From positions 5,541 to 69,540 of the forward strand of contig CAZSED010000012.1 of assembly GCA_964605885.1 (NCBI GenBank): 64,000 nt of DNA, read 5' to 3'. A model generated the notes under the pieces. That model ran no database searches. It was not told the DNA's origin and was given only the letters and a program-made list of their open reading frames with translations. Positions 53,630 through 62,714 of the stretch are shown here, in pieces. The translations under genes were made by a program, and so were the position numbers. Within the stretch, counting starts at the first letter, position 1. Each line of letters starts with the position of its first letter. Source of the DNA: an uncultured Dehalococcoidales bacterium (GTDB lineage: Bacteria; Chloroflexota; Dehalococcoidia; GIF9; UBA5629).

Positions 53630-55013
53630 AATACACCGTCTTCTTGGTCTTTGCCTTTTTGGCTTTAGCGCCGGTATCCTTTCCTTCGCCGTCCTTCTTG
53701 GCTGCCTCCTTTTTCTTGGGCTTTCCTTCCTTGCCTGACAGGATCTCTTCAGCAAAGCGAATCTTGGATGGCTTTGTGGGCCCGGCTGCTTCCAGCGGCA
53801 GCAGGATTTCTATTCCAGCGCCTTCCTGTTGCCCCTCTGTGGAGACCGAGGCGGCCACCGGTTCTTCTGCAGCTTCCTCCGGGATCAGCTCTCCGGCCAG
53901 CTCGGCCACCGCCTCAGGAAGCTCGGCCTTTTCGGCAGCCTGAAGCTCTTCCATCTTGTGTGTGGCTTTTTCAGCCTCAAGCTCTGAAGCGCTCTTAATA
54001 TCGATGCGCCAGCCCGTCAGCTTGGCGGCAAGGCGTACATTCTGGCCTTCTTTGCCTATTGCCAGTGACAGATGCTTATCGGGTACCTTAACAACGGCGG
54101 TAGTTTCAGCCTCGTTCAACGATACACCCAACACCTGGGCAGGGCTCAGAGCGTTGGCAATAAAGACCCTGGGGTCGTCAGACCACTGTACCACATCGAT
54201 CTTTTCGCCGTTGAGCTCGTTGACTATGTTCTGAATCCTTATGCCGCGCAGGCCCACGCAGCATCCCACGGGGTCGATATTGGGCTGGCGGGTGAAGACC
54301 GCTACTTTGCTGCGATAACCGGCCTCCCTTGCCACTGCCTTTATTTCAACCACGCCGCTGGCAATCTCCGGTATTTCCAGAATGAGCAGGTCGCGTAAAA
54401 GATTCCTGTGGGCCCGGGATGCTATCACCTGCGGACCCCTGGTCGTCTTGGCCACCTCAACGATATATAGCTTCACCCTCTGGCCCGGGCGGTAGCGCTC
54501 GGTGGGCATCTTCTCGTTCTGGGGGATAACGGCTTCCGTTTTTCCTATATCAACTACTATGTGTTCGGTCGTAATGCGCTGAACCGTTCCCGTGATAATC
54601 TCGCCTTCCTTGCCCACGAACTCTTCATAGATGGCGCCCCGCTCCGCGTCGTGCAGTTTCTGAAGGATGACCTGCTTGGCTATCTGGGCAGGTATGCGCC
54701 CGGCATTGGGAGGGGGAACGTCGGTGGTTATCGTGTCTCCGACCTTCAGCGTCTTGTCTTTTTTCTTGGCTTCCTTCAAGGAAATTTCGCGGTACTCGTC
54801 TTCCGGTTTTTCAGCCACTATTTTTTTCATAGTGAGCTTAACTTCGCCTGACAGCGGGTGTATCCTGACCGCTATATCTTCGCCATGAGTGAAGGACTCT
54901 TTTCTGTAGGCTGAAACCATGGCGGATTCAAGGGCGCTGAGGACTATTTCCTTGGGCAGGTTTTTCTCTGCCGCAAGCTGCATAAGGGCGTTCATGAATT
55001 CAGTCTTTGCCAT
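53604..55013 (-). CDS. nusA: Transcription termination/antitermination factor NusA
   Basis: AQIAKQVI, AREAGYRSKVAV, GEKIDVV, AIGKEGQNVRLAAKLTGWRIDI; ATG 55013 (alternative GTG 55022). Confidence 0.98.
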   Translation of the reverse strand: MAKTEFMNALMQLAAEKNLPKEIVLSALESAMVSAYRKESFTHGEDIAVRIHPLSGEVKLTMKKIVAEKPEDEYREISLKEAKKKDKTLKVGDTITTDVPPPNAGRIPAQIAKQVILQKLHDAERGAIYEEFVGKEGEIITGTVQRITTEHIVVDIGKTEAVIPQNEKMPTERYRPGQRVKLYIVEVAKTTRGPQVIASRAHRNLLRDLLILEIPEIASGVVEIKAVAREAGYRSKVAVFTRQPNIDPVGCCVGLRGIRIQNIVNELNGEKIDVVQWSDDPRVFIANALSPAQVLGVSLNEAETTAVVKVPDKHLSLAIGKEGQNVRLAAKLTGWRIDIKSASELEAEKATHKMEELQAAEKAELPEAVAELAGELIPEEAAEEPVAASVSTEGQQEGAGIEILLPLEAAGPTKPSKIRFAEEILSGKEGKPKKKEAAKKDGEGKDTGAKAKKAKTKKTVYYEDEDFES

Positions 55014-55050
55014 CGATGTCACGCTCTCTCAATATGCATTTTTTCTCAAT

Positions 55051-55078
55051 AAAAAAGTGGGTGCAAGGACCCACTTTT
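55051..55078 (-). terminator. rimP/nusA-leader-type attenuator hairpin
   Basis: Minus strand AAAAGTGGGT-CCTTGC-ACCCACTTTTTT, located between the promoter and the nusA start. Confidence 0.8.
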
Positions 55079-55102
55079 AGGACAAGTATTGAATTCAGTA
55101 AG

Positions 55103-55131
55103 ATAATATCATATCCAAGTTGAAAATGCAA
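55103..55131 (-). promoter_or_regulatory. nusA operon promoter
   Basis: TTGCAT-17 nt-TATTAT with TG extension, minus strand. Confidence 0.7.
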
Positions 55132-55190
55132 ATAGGAACATACGTACAAAAAGGTATGCGGCTGCAGCCTGCAAGGCTCGCTTCCCCGTC

Positions 55191-56351
55191 CTATCTGCCC
55201 AGCTTGCGGAGCGACTTCTGAAGGGAGCGGTGCTTCATCGCATCGAAGATCACCCTGCCATGCCAGTCGAATGAAATATCGGGCGAGCTCAGTATGGTCT
55301 CATGGATTCCATGGCTCTCGATCACGTTGAACACATGCTCAATCTGCCTGTTGGTCAATCTGCGATAAAAGCGGTGCGCCCAGTAGTCTATAGCCAACTC
55401 CTGCTTGAGCAATTTGTGCCACTGCTTCTGGTACTGCGAGAGCTTTCTGGATGAGAGGTCGTCGGAAAGCAGCGCTTCACGGGCAGCCTGAACGCACAGT
55501 CCGGCGCACAGCAAGCCAAAGTAAATGCCACCTCCCGTGGTCGGCTTGACCTGGCCGGCGGCATCACCCACTACCATTATACGATCGGAATATGTCCTGG
55601 GGAGTATGCTCAGGGGCACCGCGCCATAGCTGATCTCAGCGGGGGCAACATTAATCCTGCCCTTTTGTACTAAGCCGCTGAGGTACTTGTCCATAAAGGG
55701 CCTGGGATTTCCGTGACACAGCAGGCCGGCTTTGACCCTGTTTGCCCCGGCCGGCACCAACCAGCTGAAAAACCCGGGCGCAATCTCAGCGTCTGAATAT
55801 ACCTCCACTTCAGCCAGGCCGGGACAATCCACCAGGGCCTGCGCACCCTGGGCATAGTCATGAATCTGTCCCAGGCCTAAGGACCTTGGTAGGGAGGTCC
55901 CGAATCCACAGGCGGCGATAACCAATCTTGCATCCAGTACAGTAGCCCCGCCGCCATGAGCCGCCTGTACCTGCAGCGATTGTCGTTTTTTCTCGATGCC
56001 GGACACACTTGTAGAAAATAAGTACTGTACGCCGTGCTTCTCCGCACGGGATGCTATATTCCGGTCCAGAGCCGGCCGGTCAAGCACATAGGCCTGAATA
56101 TCCTCCCGCTGCACGCGTAGGTATTTACCGGAGGGAGAAAAGATTTTGGCTGAATGCGCCTCAAACTGCACCAGGTCGCGGCCGGGAGAAAGCAGGTTAA
56201 AGCACTCACGGCTTATGATGCCGGTGCAACTGGCCTTGGCGCCTGCCTGAGGGCTTTTCTCAAGCACGCACACGCTGTGCCCCATGCGGGCGAGCTCATC
56301 GGCTATATAGCTGCCGGTGATGCCGGCGCCGATTATCACTGCATCGTACAT
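55191..56351 (-). CDS. Geranylgeranyl reductase family flavoprotein
   Basis: YDAVIIGAGITG FAD motif, CTG, DRPALD, PGFFSWLVP (variant of PxxYxWxFP), VGDAAGQVKPTTGGGI. Confidence 0.88.
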   Translation of the reverse strand: MYDAVIIGAGITGSYIADELARMGHSVCVLEKSPQAGAKASCTGIISRECFNLLSPGRDLVQFEAHSAKIFSPSGKYLRVQREDIQAYVLDRPALDRNIASRAEKHGVQYLFSTSVSGIEKKRQSLQVQAAHGGGATVLDARLVIAACGFGTSLPRSLGLGQIHDYAQGAQALVDCPGLAEVEVYSDAEIAPGFFSWLVPAGANRVKAGLLCHGNPRPFMDKYLSGLVQKGRINVAPAEISYGAVPLSILPRTYSDRIMVVGDAAGQVKPTTGGGIYFGLLCAGLCVQAAREALLSDDLSSRKLSQYQKQWHKLLKQELAIDYWAHRFYRRLTNRQIEHVFNVIESHGIHETILSSPDISFDWHGRVIFDAMKHRSLQKSLRKLGR

Positions 56352-56403
56352 TATCAGTATTTAAAGGGGATGGCCGCGGAGGTATCCAGGGCGGATTGGC
56401 CTG

Positions 56404-57117
56404 CTAAGAAGGCCGCAGACCGCCGAATCTCCTCTGGCGTTTGCTGTATGCGGCCAATGCCTTATCCAACTCCTGCTGGCCAAAGTCGGGCCAGAGCACC
56501 GGAGTGAAGTAGAGCTCCGCGTAAGCTGCCTGCCAGATAAGAAAGTTACTTAAGCGCATTTCATCCCCCGTCCTGATGAACAAATCGGGATCGGGGAGGT
56601 CCGCGGTATATAAATGCCGGGAGAGGGTGTTTTCGTCAACGCGGGCGGACGGGATTTTTTCCTGGATGATGCTGCGCAGCGCATCGACGATTTCGCTCCT
56701 TCCGCCGTAATTAAAAGCAACATTTACTGTTAGACCTGTATTATTTCCAGTCAGGGCAATCGCCTGCCGGGCCTTCTTCTGAATTTCCGGCGAAAGCCGG
56801 TCAAGTTTGCCCAGGTGCTTGATGCGAATATTGCGGTCATGGGCCACCTGAATCGCCTCATCCAGGTTATCCTTGAGCAGTTTTATGATGCCGTCGACCT
56901 CCCTTTTGGGACGGTTCCAGTTCTCCGTGGAAAAGGCGTAAAGCGTCAGGTAGGGGATGCCGTAGCCGGAGAACATCTCAACGAAGTCACGGGCGTGCAG
57001 GGCGCCCTGCCTGTGGCCGTACAGCCGCGGCTTGCCGCGCTGTTCGGCCCACCTGCCGTTGCCGTCCATCACAATGGCAACGTGCCCGGGCAGCTTTTTT
57101 TTACCTGTGTCCGGCAT
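56404..57117 (-). CDS. uppS: cis-prenyltransferase (polyprenyl diphosphate synthase)
   Basis: HVAIVMDGNGRWA, YAFSTENWNRP, NYGGRSEI, RLSNFLIWQAAYAE. Confidence 0.95.
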   Translation of the reverse strand: MPDTGKKKLPGHVAIVMDGNGRWAEQRGKPRLYGHRQGALHARDFVEMFSGYGIPYLTLYAFSTENWNRPKREVDGIIKLLKDNLDEAIQVAHDRNIRIKHLGKLDRLSPEIQKKARQAIALTGNNTGLTVNVAFNYGGRSEIVDALRSIIQEKIPSARVDENTLSRHLYTADLPDPDLFIRTGDEMRLSNFLIWQAAYAELYFTPVLWPDFGQQELDKALAAYSKRQRRFGGLRPS

Positions 57118-58432
57118 TACCTTTCTTTCTTTTAATCCTGGCTTTTGGGGGCTGCCCTGACCTGGCTGTATTCTCTGTAAACTCGCACCTTGTCTTATTG
57201 AACACGATGGTATTGGGCTTGAGGTCTTCAGTCAGGCAGACGTTTGAGCCCACGATAGAGTTGGGACCGACCCGCCGCCCGGGCAGTATCCCCGAGTTTA
57301 TGCCCGTCCTGCAGTCATCGCCGATGATGGCTCCGAAATGGTTCCTGCCGGTGCCGATGGCCTTGCCGTTGTATTTTACCGATATCTCCCCCTGGTCGAA
57401 GCGGAAATTGGCCGTTACGCTGCCTGCTGCGAACGAGCAATTGTCACCGACTATCGAGTCACCAATATAGCTTGAATGGAACCAGCAGTTGTCACCCACA
57501 TAGGAGTTCTTTATCTCTGTTGAGAATCCCACCACGCAGTTGGCACCTATGTGGCTGTAATCCCTTATCAGGGCATTGTTGCCTATGACAGTGTTGGGGC
57601 CTATATAGGCCGGCCCCCTTATTACAGCGTTCTCCAGCACACGTACATTTTCCCCTATAACGGCTTTACCTTCTATAGTAGCCCGTCCGGATATCTGGGC
57701 GGATTTAGCAATGCTGTTCACGCTCTTATCCAGGAAGAACCTGACGACGTCAAACAGATGCCACGGGTATTTAATCGGCGCCCAAAATCCGTCATAAGCG
57801 GTCACCTTTATCTTGTATCCATCTTTGACCATCTGATCCATGGTGCACTCATACACATCATCCAGTGAGGTCTTAATATAGTTCATGTAGGTCAAGAGCC
57901 TGCCTGCATCCCTGTGAAGGTGTAAAAGTATGTTGACCAGGTCGCTGGGCTCGGTGCCCGGCTCGGGCTTCTCTACTATGCGCTTGAGCTGGCCGTTGCT
58001 CTTTACAGCCAGATACCCGCCGGGGAAATATTGTTTTACGCGGTATCCCAGCATGAAAGAGGATGCCGCGCAATTGCCAGGTGCACCCAGTAATACGCCA
58101 TAGGCCAGAGGATCGAATACGTCATTGGGATTAACCACCAGTATCTCGTCTCCCAGGGAAGAAGCTGCGCTTCTCAGTGCATCGGCTATTCCCAACGGCT
58201 TCTTTTGCAGGGCGAATTCGAATTTGACGCCTTTGATACCGGCGGCTATACGGCGGATCTGCTCAATATTTACCGGGTTGCCGATAATGACGAAACTGCG
58301 CAAACCTGCCTTCTTGGCCATTAATATCTGATGTTCGAGCAATGTCTTTCCCAGGAAGTCAAGTAAAAATTTGTCCTCCGTGATTGGGAACATTCTCTTC
58401 CCTACGCCGCCGCAAAGAAAGACAGCTTTCAT
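57101..58432 (-). CDS. Bifunctional sugar-1-phosphate nucleotidyltransferase/acetyltransferase (archaeal GlmU-like)
   Basis: LCGGVGKRMFP, QKKPLGIADAL, IVEKP, YPW, then hexapeptide repeats, TANFRFD, FGAIIGD. Confidence 0.85.
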   Translation of the reverse strand: MKAVFLCGGVGKRMFPITEDKFLLDFLGKTLLEHQILMAKKAGLRSFVIIGNPVNIEQIRRIAAGIKGVKFEFALQKKPLGIADALRSAASSLGDEILVVNPNDVFDPLAYGVLLGAPGNCAASSFMLGYRVKQYFPGGYLAVKSNGQLKRIVEKPEPGTEPSDLVNILLHLHRDAGRLLTYMNYIKTSLDDVYECTMDQMVKDGYKIKVTAYDGFWAPIKYPWHLFDVVRFFLDKSVNSIAKSAQISGRATIEGKAVIGENVRVLENAVIRGPAYIGPNTVIGNNALIRDYSHIGANCVVGFSTEIKNSYVGDNCWFHSSYIGDSIVGDNCSFAAGSVTANFRFDQGEISVKYNGKAIGTGRNHFGAIIGDDCRTGINSGILPGRRVGPNSIVGSNVCLTEDLKPNTIVFNKTRCEFTENTARSGQPPKARIKRKKGNAGHR

Positions 58433-59802
58433 GCTTGTACCTCTTTTAACGCATTATCGACGATGGACATACCTTTTTCTAATAAATTTCTGGCGTCTGA
58501 ACTGGTGGTGGATTCAGCCAGCACTCTTATGGCGGGCTCAGTTCCGCTGGCTCTGATCAGCATCCACCCGTTCCCGAACTCGAGACGCAGGCCATCCAGT
58601 TCGTTGACCGAGGAGGGCTTCAAGGCCTGTGCTCGCTGCCCGATGACTGGCATGACCGCCTGTTTGACATCATTCGGGCAGTCCAGCTTATCTTTAAAAA
58701 AATGCACCGGGGGCAGCTTGGCCAGAAACCCTCTTATCTCACCGATGTTTTTAACTGCACTCAGCAGCGTCAGGGAGGCCAGTAACGTATCGGGGTAGTA
58801 TCCGGCGGCAGGCAGTATGTAGACACCCACGGATTCTACTCCCAGGGCGGCATCGTTGTCTCTGGCCAGGTAAGCGGCATATACGTCTCCCACTTTGCCC
58901 CTGATCACCTGGCCGCCCAGGTCCTTAAGCGCCAGGTCAAGCAGCATCCCAGTCTCAACCGTAGTGGCGACCAATTTTTTCCCCGATGCCCGGACAACAT
59001 GGTGTGAAATGAAGGAAATCATCTCGTTAAAGCCCAGGAAGCCCTGCTGATCGCAAAATACCACGCGGTCTGCATCACCGTCAAAGCAGATGGCCAGGTC
59101 AGCGTTTTTCTGCCGCAGGAACTTGATAGTCCCCTGAAGGGTATCCTCCCTGGGCTCAGAGCTCCTCCCCGGGAAACGTCCGTCAGGGGTATCGTTGACG
59201 GGTATCACCTTAAATCCCAGATCAGTGAACAGTTCGCTGGCAAAGCCGGATGCCGCTCCGTTGCCGGGGTCCACCATAACCTTGAGGCCGTGGTTCAGGT
59301 CCCAGCCGGCCACCAGCGTCTTTATAAAGTCAAAATACTTATATTTTAATTTGGGTGCGGACTCTGCCTGCCCCTGCTTGCCGAAGCGATATTTGCCACT
59401 GTAATAGAGCGCTTCGATCTGCTCCTCCTGCGCCCGGCTGAAGCCGATTGAATTGCCGTTAAACAGCTTAATTCCATTGAACTCGGGCGGATTATGTGAG
59501 GCGGTGATCATAACGCCAGCGTCGAACCCCAGCTCGCGGGCAATCAAAGCCAGAGCGGGTGTGGGAATTGTGCCCAGGTGCGCAACATTCACTCCGCATT
59601 GAACCAGGCCTTCGGTTACCGCTCCCTTGATCAGCTCACGGCTTAAGCGGCTGTCGGTAGCCAGGCAAACCGCGGAACCAGATGCCAGCAGCGTGCCCAA
59701 CGCCCTGCCGACATCACGACAAAGGTCCGGTGTAAGGTCCTGGTTGACCACGCCCCTTACGCCGCTAGTACCGAAAAGCCTCTTCTCCATGCGTTGGGTC
59801 AC
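58429..59802 (-). CDS. Phosphohexomutase, archaeal phosphoglucosamine-mutase (GlmM)-like
   Basis: LFGTSGVRG, TASHNPPEFNGIK, DGDADR, RASGTEP; start GTG 59802 or ATG 59790; stop overlaps the GlmU-like start. Confidence 0.85.
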   Translation of the reverse strand: MTQRMEKRLFGTSGVRGVVNQDLTPDLCRDVGRALGTLLASGSAVCLATDSRLSRELIKGAVTEGLVQCGVNVAHLGTIPTPALALIARELGFDAGVMITASHNPPEFNGIKLFNGNSIGFSRAQEEQIEALYYSGKYRFGKQGQAESAPKLKYKYFDFIKTLVAGWDLNHGLKVMVDPGNGAASGFASELFTDLGFKVIPVNDTPDGRFPGRSSEPREDTLQGTIKFLRQKNADLAICFDGDADRVVFCDQQGFLGFNEMISFISHHVVRASGKKLVATTVETGMLLDLALKDLGGQVIRGKVGDVYAAYLARDNDAALGVESVGVYILPAAGYYPDTLLASLTLLSAVKNIGEIRGFLAKLPPVHFFKDKLDCPNDVKQAVMPVIGQRAQALKPSSVNELDGLRLEFGNGWMLIRASGTEPAIRVLAESTTSSDARNLLEKGMSIVDNALKEVQA

Positions 59803-59823
59803 GAAACTGGATTTCGGTACATG

Positions 59824-59852
59824 ATAGTAATGCCAAGGCCACTCAATGTCAA
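59824..59852 (-). promoter_or_regulatory. Promoter of the glmM-like operon
   Basis: TTGACA-17 nt-TACTAT, minus strand. Confidence 0.7.
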
Positions 59853-59977
59853 TCTGATAATAGTTCAGGCGAGGCAGGCATAATTGATTGATTGTTCAAG
59901 TAATTTTTATCGACTGCTCGGAATAGTGGGGCCGGCCCGGGAAGCTAAATAATGCTGAATGGTTTACATAAGAAATA

Positions 59978-60006
59978 TTGACGGCTTCAATTTTATCTGA
60001 TAATAT
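59978..60006 (+). promoter_or_regulatory. Promoter of the liv-type transporter operon
   Basis: TTGACG-17 nt-TAATAT with TG extension. Confidence 0.65.
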
Positions 60007-60054
60007 CATACCTTGACGTGCGAGGGAGGAAAAATTCGTAAAGAAAGGTAAAAT

Positions 60055-60930
60055 GTGCTGACAACAATTGAAACGACGCTGATCTACAGTCTATTGCTAG
60101 GTTCCCTGTACTTACTTGTTTCCATTGGCTTTTCTCTCATCTGCGGCGTGCTAAGGATCTTCCACCTTGGCTATGCGTATATCTTCGTCGCAACCATTTA
60201 CCTCACCTGGATGTTTTACAACACGCTGGCCCTACCTCTCTGGCTGGCAATCCTGTTAATGGTAATAGTCCAGGCAGGTATAGCTATCGCCCTCTACTAC
60301 GGCATCATCGCCCGGTACCTTAAAATGGAAGAAAAAATCATTACCGGGTTGCTGTTGGTTGCCATTATAGCTGAGCAGGCAGCCAACAGGTGGTATCCCA
60401 TTCAAGCAGCCGTGTTCCTGCCGATGACCCTGATCGACGGCAGCCTGAATATCGGCGCTACCAGCATATCCTACCAGATGTTGCTGGCGGCTGCGGTGGG
60501 CATTATAGTAACAGCCCTATTCGTGCTCTTCTTCCTTAAGACCAAGACAGGCCTGGCGGTAAGAGCAATTTCCTACGACATCAATACTGCCAAGATTATG
60601 GGCATCCAGGTTGAGCAGATGTACATGTTGATCATGGTACTAGTGCTGCTGCCCGTTATCATAGCAATGCTCATGATCGCTCCGGTCTGGGCGGTGGACC
60701 CCAGCATGGGCTGGGGTTACATGATCACAGCCATCTTGATCTCGGTGATGGGCGGCCTGGGCAACATACGGGGCACAATTATTGCCAGTTACATCATCGG
60801 CTTTACACACGCCTTAATATCATTTGCAGTTAGTGAACCACGTCTTATGAACCTCGCAGCGCTGATGGTCGTCATCGTAATGCTGATCGTCAGGCCGCAG
60901 GGCATAGCCAAGACGGAAAGCTTGTGGTGA
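60055..60930 (+). CDS. HAAT/branched-chain-type ABC transporter permease (LivH-like)
   Basis: GSLYLLVSIGFSLI.GV, KTKTGLAVRAIS, MGGLGNIRG, RPQGI. Confidence 0.92.
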   Translation: MLTTIETTLIYSLLLGSLYLLVSIGFSLICGVLRIFHLGYAYIFVATIYLTWMFYNTLALPLWLAILLMVIVQAGIAIALYYGIIARYLKMEEKIITGLLLVAIIAEQAANRWYPIQAAVFLPMTLIDGSLNIGATSISYQMLLAAAVGIIVTALFVLFFLKTKTGLAVRAISYDINTAKIMGIQVEQMYMLIMVLVLLPVIIAMLMIAPVWAVDPSMGWGYMITAILISVMGGLGNIRGTIIASYIIGFTHALISFAVSEPRLMNLAALMVVIVMLIVRPQGIAKTESLW

Positions 60931-60934
60931 TTAA

Positions 60935-61972
60935 ATGGAACTAGAAGTTAAACGTGAAAAGCTTGTATTACGCGTAGGCACACAGAAACTGGAATGGCAT
61001 ATTGAACCCAGGTACTGGCGTAACCCGGCCATCTATGTTGGAGCTCTGATTGTTCTGTCCGTTCTAGTATACTTCTTTTATCCCACCCTTCTTCCCACCA
61101 TTATCGATGCCAACCTGCTGGCAGCCATCGCCATTCCGCTTGGCTGGATGACCATTGGCACGGGCCGCCTTAACTTCGGGCCTCAATTCTATATCGGCGC
61201 CGGCGGTTACGCCGCGGCTCTCTGCAGCATCCATCTGGGCTGGCCGCCGTTTGTCACCCTGCTGGTAGCCATCATCGCCGGCCTGGTCTTCGGCCTTTTA
61301 ATGAGCCCGCTTTCCATCATAGCCGGCGGCCTGTATTATACGCTTCTGACCCTGCTCTTCCCCCTGGTTTTCCTGGAAGTTACATTTATTTATATAGATT
61401 TATTTAAGGGCGATACCGGCTTGTTCGGCATTGCCCCCATGGTGAACTTGGGCTCGTTCACCCTCAACCAATTGCTGCTCTGCCTGATGTCCTTGTTCAT
61501 GATGTTGGTATACATGTTGATTGTGGACAAGATTCTTCGTTCAAAGTTTGCTACTTCCATGGCGGCTATCAACGATGACGAAGAAGTTGCCGAGGCCATG
61601 GGCGTCAACGTGAAGAAAATCAAGATCATCAGCTTTACCGTACCGGCGGTTATGATTGCCGTCATCGGATGGTTCTATGCCCACTATTACGGCACTTTTT
61701 CGGGCATTACATATCTGCCTCTCACATTCATGCTCAAAGTACTGATGGTAAGCATGATCGGTGGCCGCGTCCAGATTTACGGCAACGTGGTCGGCGGCTA
61801 CTTTATCGCCTTCCTCGAATTGCTGTTGATTAACGTGGTGGGTGACTATTCACCTGTAATATTCCCCGTTATCCTGCTTATCCTGTTGCTGACACTCCCC
61901 GAAGGTCTGTTCGGCCTTTACAGGAAGCGCCATTACAGGGAATACCTGCCCACGATACATGTCAGGAGATAA
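60935..61972 (+). CDS. HAAT-type ABC transporter permease (LivM-like)
   Basis: GRLNFG..FYIGAGGY, AINDDEEVAEAMGVN, PEGLFG. Confidence 0.9.
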   Translation: MELEVKREKLVLRVGTQKLEWHIEPRYWRNPAIYVGALIVLSVLVYFFYPTLLPTIIDANLLAAIAIPLGWMTIGTGRLNFGPQFYIGAGGYAAALCSIHLGWPPFVTLLVAIIAGLVFGLLMSPLSIIAGGLYYTLLTLLFPLVFLEVTFIYIDLFKGDTGLFGIAPMVNLGSFTLNQLLLCLMSLFMMLVYMLIVDKILRSKFATSMAAINDDEEVAEAMGVNVKKIKIISFTVPAVMIAVIGWFYAHYYGTFSGITYLPLTFMLKVLMVSMIGGRVQIYGNVVGGYFIAFLELLLINVVGDYSPVIFPVILLILLLTLPEGLFGLYRKRHYREYLPTIHVRR

Positions 61973-61976
61973 TAAC

Positions 61977-62714
61977 GTGGCTGAAATATTGAAAGTAAAT
62001 AACGTTTCCAAGCACTTCGGCGGCTTGATGGCGGTCAACGATGTGAGTTTCTCCATCAACGAAGGTGAAACTCTGGGCTTAATGGGGCCCAACGGCGCCG
62101 GCAAGACAACCCTGGTGAACATGATCACCGGACAGTATCTGGCAGACGCCGGCAACATTCAGTTCATGGGCCACGATATCACAAAGCTGCCGCCTTACAA
62201 GAGGTGCAAGCTGGGTATCAGCCGCACATACCAGATTCCCAGGCCGTTCCCCGAGCTTACTGCACTGATGAGCGTGGTCGTCAGCGCGCTCTACGGCAAG
62301 GACAGGACCAATCAGAGCCTTGAGGATGCAGCCACAGAGGCCACACAGTACCTCGAGTTCTGCGGCCTGTTTAGCAAGCGTAATGTGCTGGGTAAGGACC
62401 TGACCCTGTACGAGCTGCGCGGGCTGGAACTGGCCAGGGCGCTGGCCACCACTCCCAAGCTGGTCTTTGTGGACGAGGTGATGGCCGGGCTTAACCCGAG
62501 CGAGGCCAGCAAAGCCGTCAGGCTGCTGGAACGCACCAAAGAGGAGTTCGGCGTTACCATACTCTGGATCGAACACGTAATGGCAGCGCTGATGAAGGCG
62601 GCACAGAGAGTGGTCGTGCTTCACTACGGAAAGAAGATCTGCGAGGGTCCACCACAGGCGGTTGCCAATGACCCTTACGTAATAGAATGCTACTTAGGAT
62701 CGTGCCATGTTTGA
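61977..62714 (+). CDS. HAAT-type ABC transporter ATPase (LivG-like)
   Basis: FGGLMAVNDV, GPNGAGKTT, DEVMAGL, IEH; GTG 61977 after an AGGAG SD (track start 61959). Confidence 0.93.
   Translation: MAEILKVNNVSKHFGGLMAVNDVSFSINEGETLGLMGPNGAGKTTLVNMITGQYLADAGNIQFMGHDITKLPPYKRCKLGISRTYQIPRPFPELTALMSVVVSALYGKDRTNQSLEDAATEATQYLEFCGLFSKRNVLGKDLTLYELRGLELARALATTPKLVFVDEVMAGLNPSEASKAVRLLERTKEEFGVTILWIEHVMAALMKAAQRVVVLHYGKKICEGPPQAVANDPYVIECYLGSCHV

Noticed and set aside
53630-53755. Basic N-terminal extension of YlxR
   Set aside because: Alternate-frame reading of the nusA tail; ATG 53629 is the more plausible start
60053-60061. Mini-ORF ATG-TGC-TGA overlapping the livH GTG start
   Set aside because: Too short to distinguish from chance; no supporting structure
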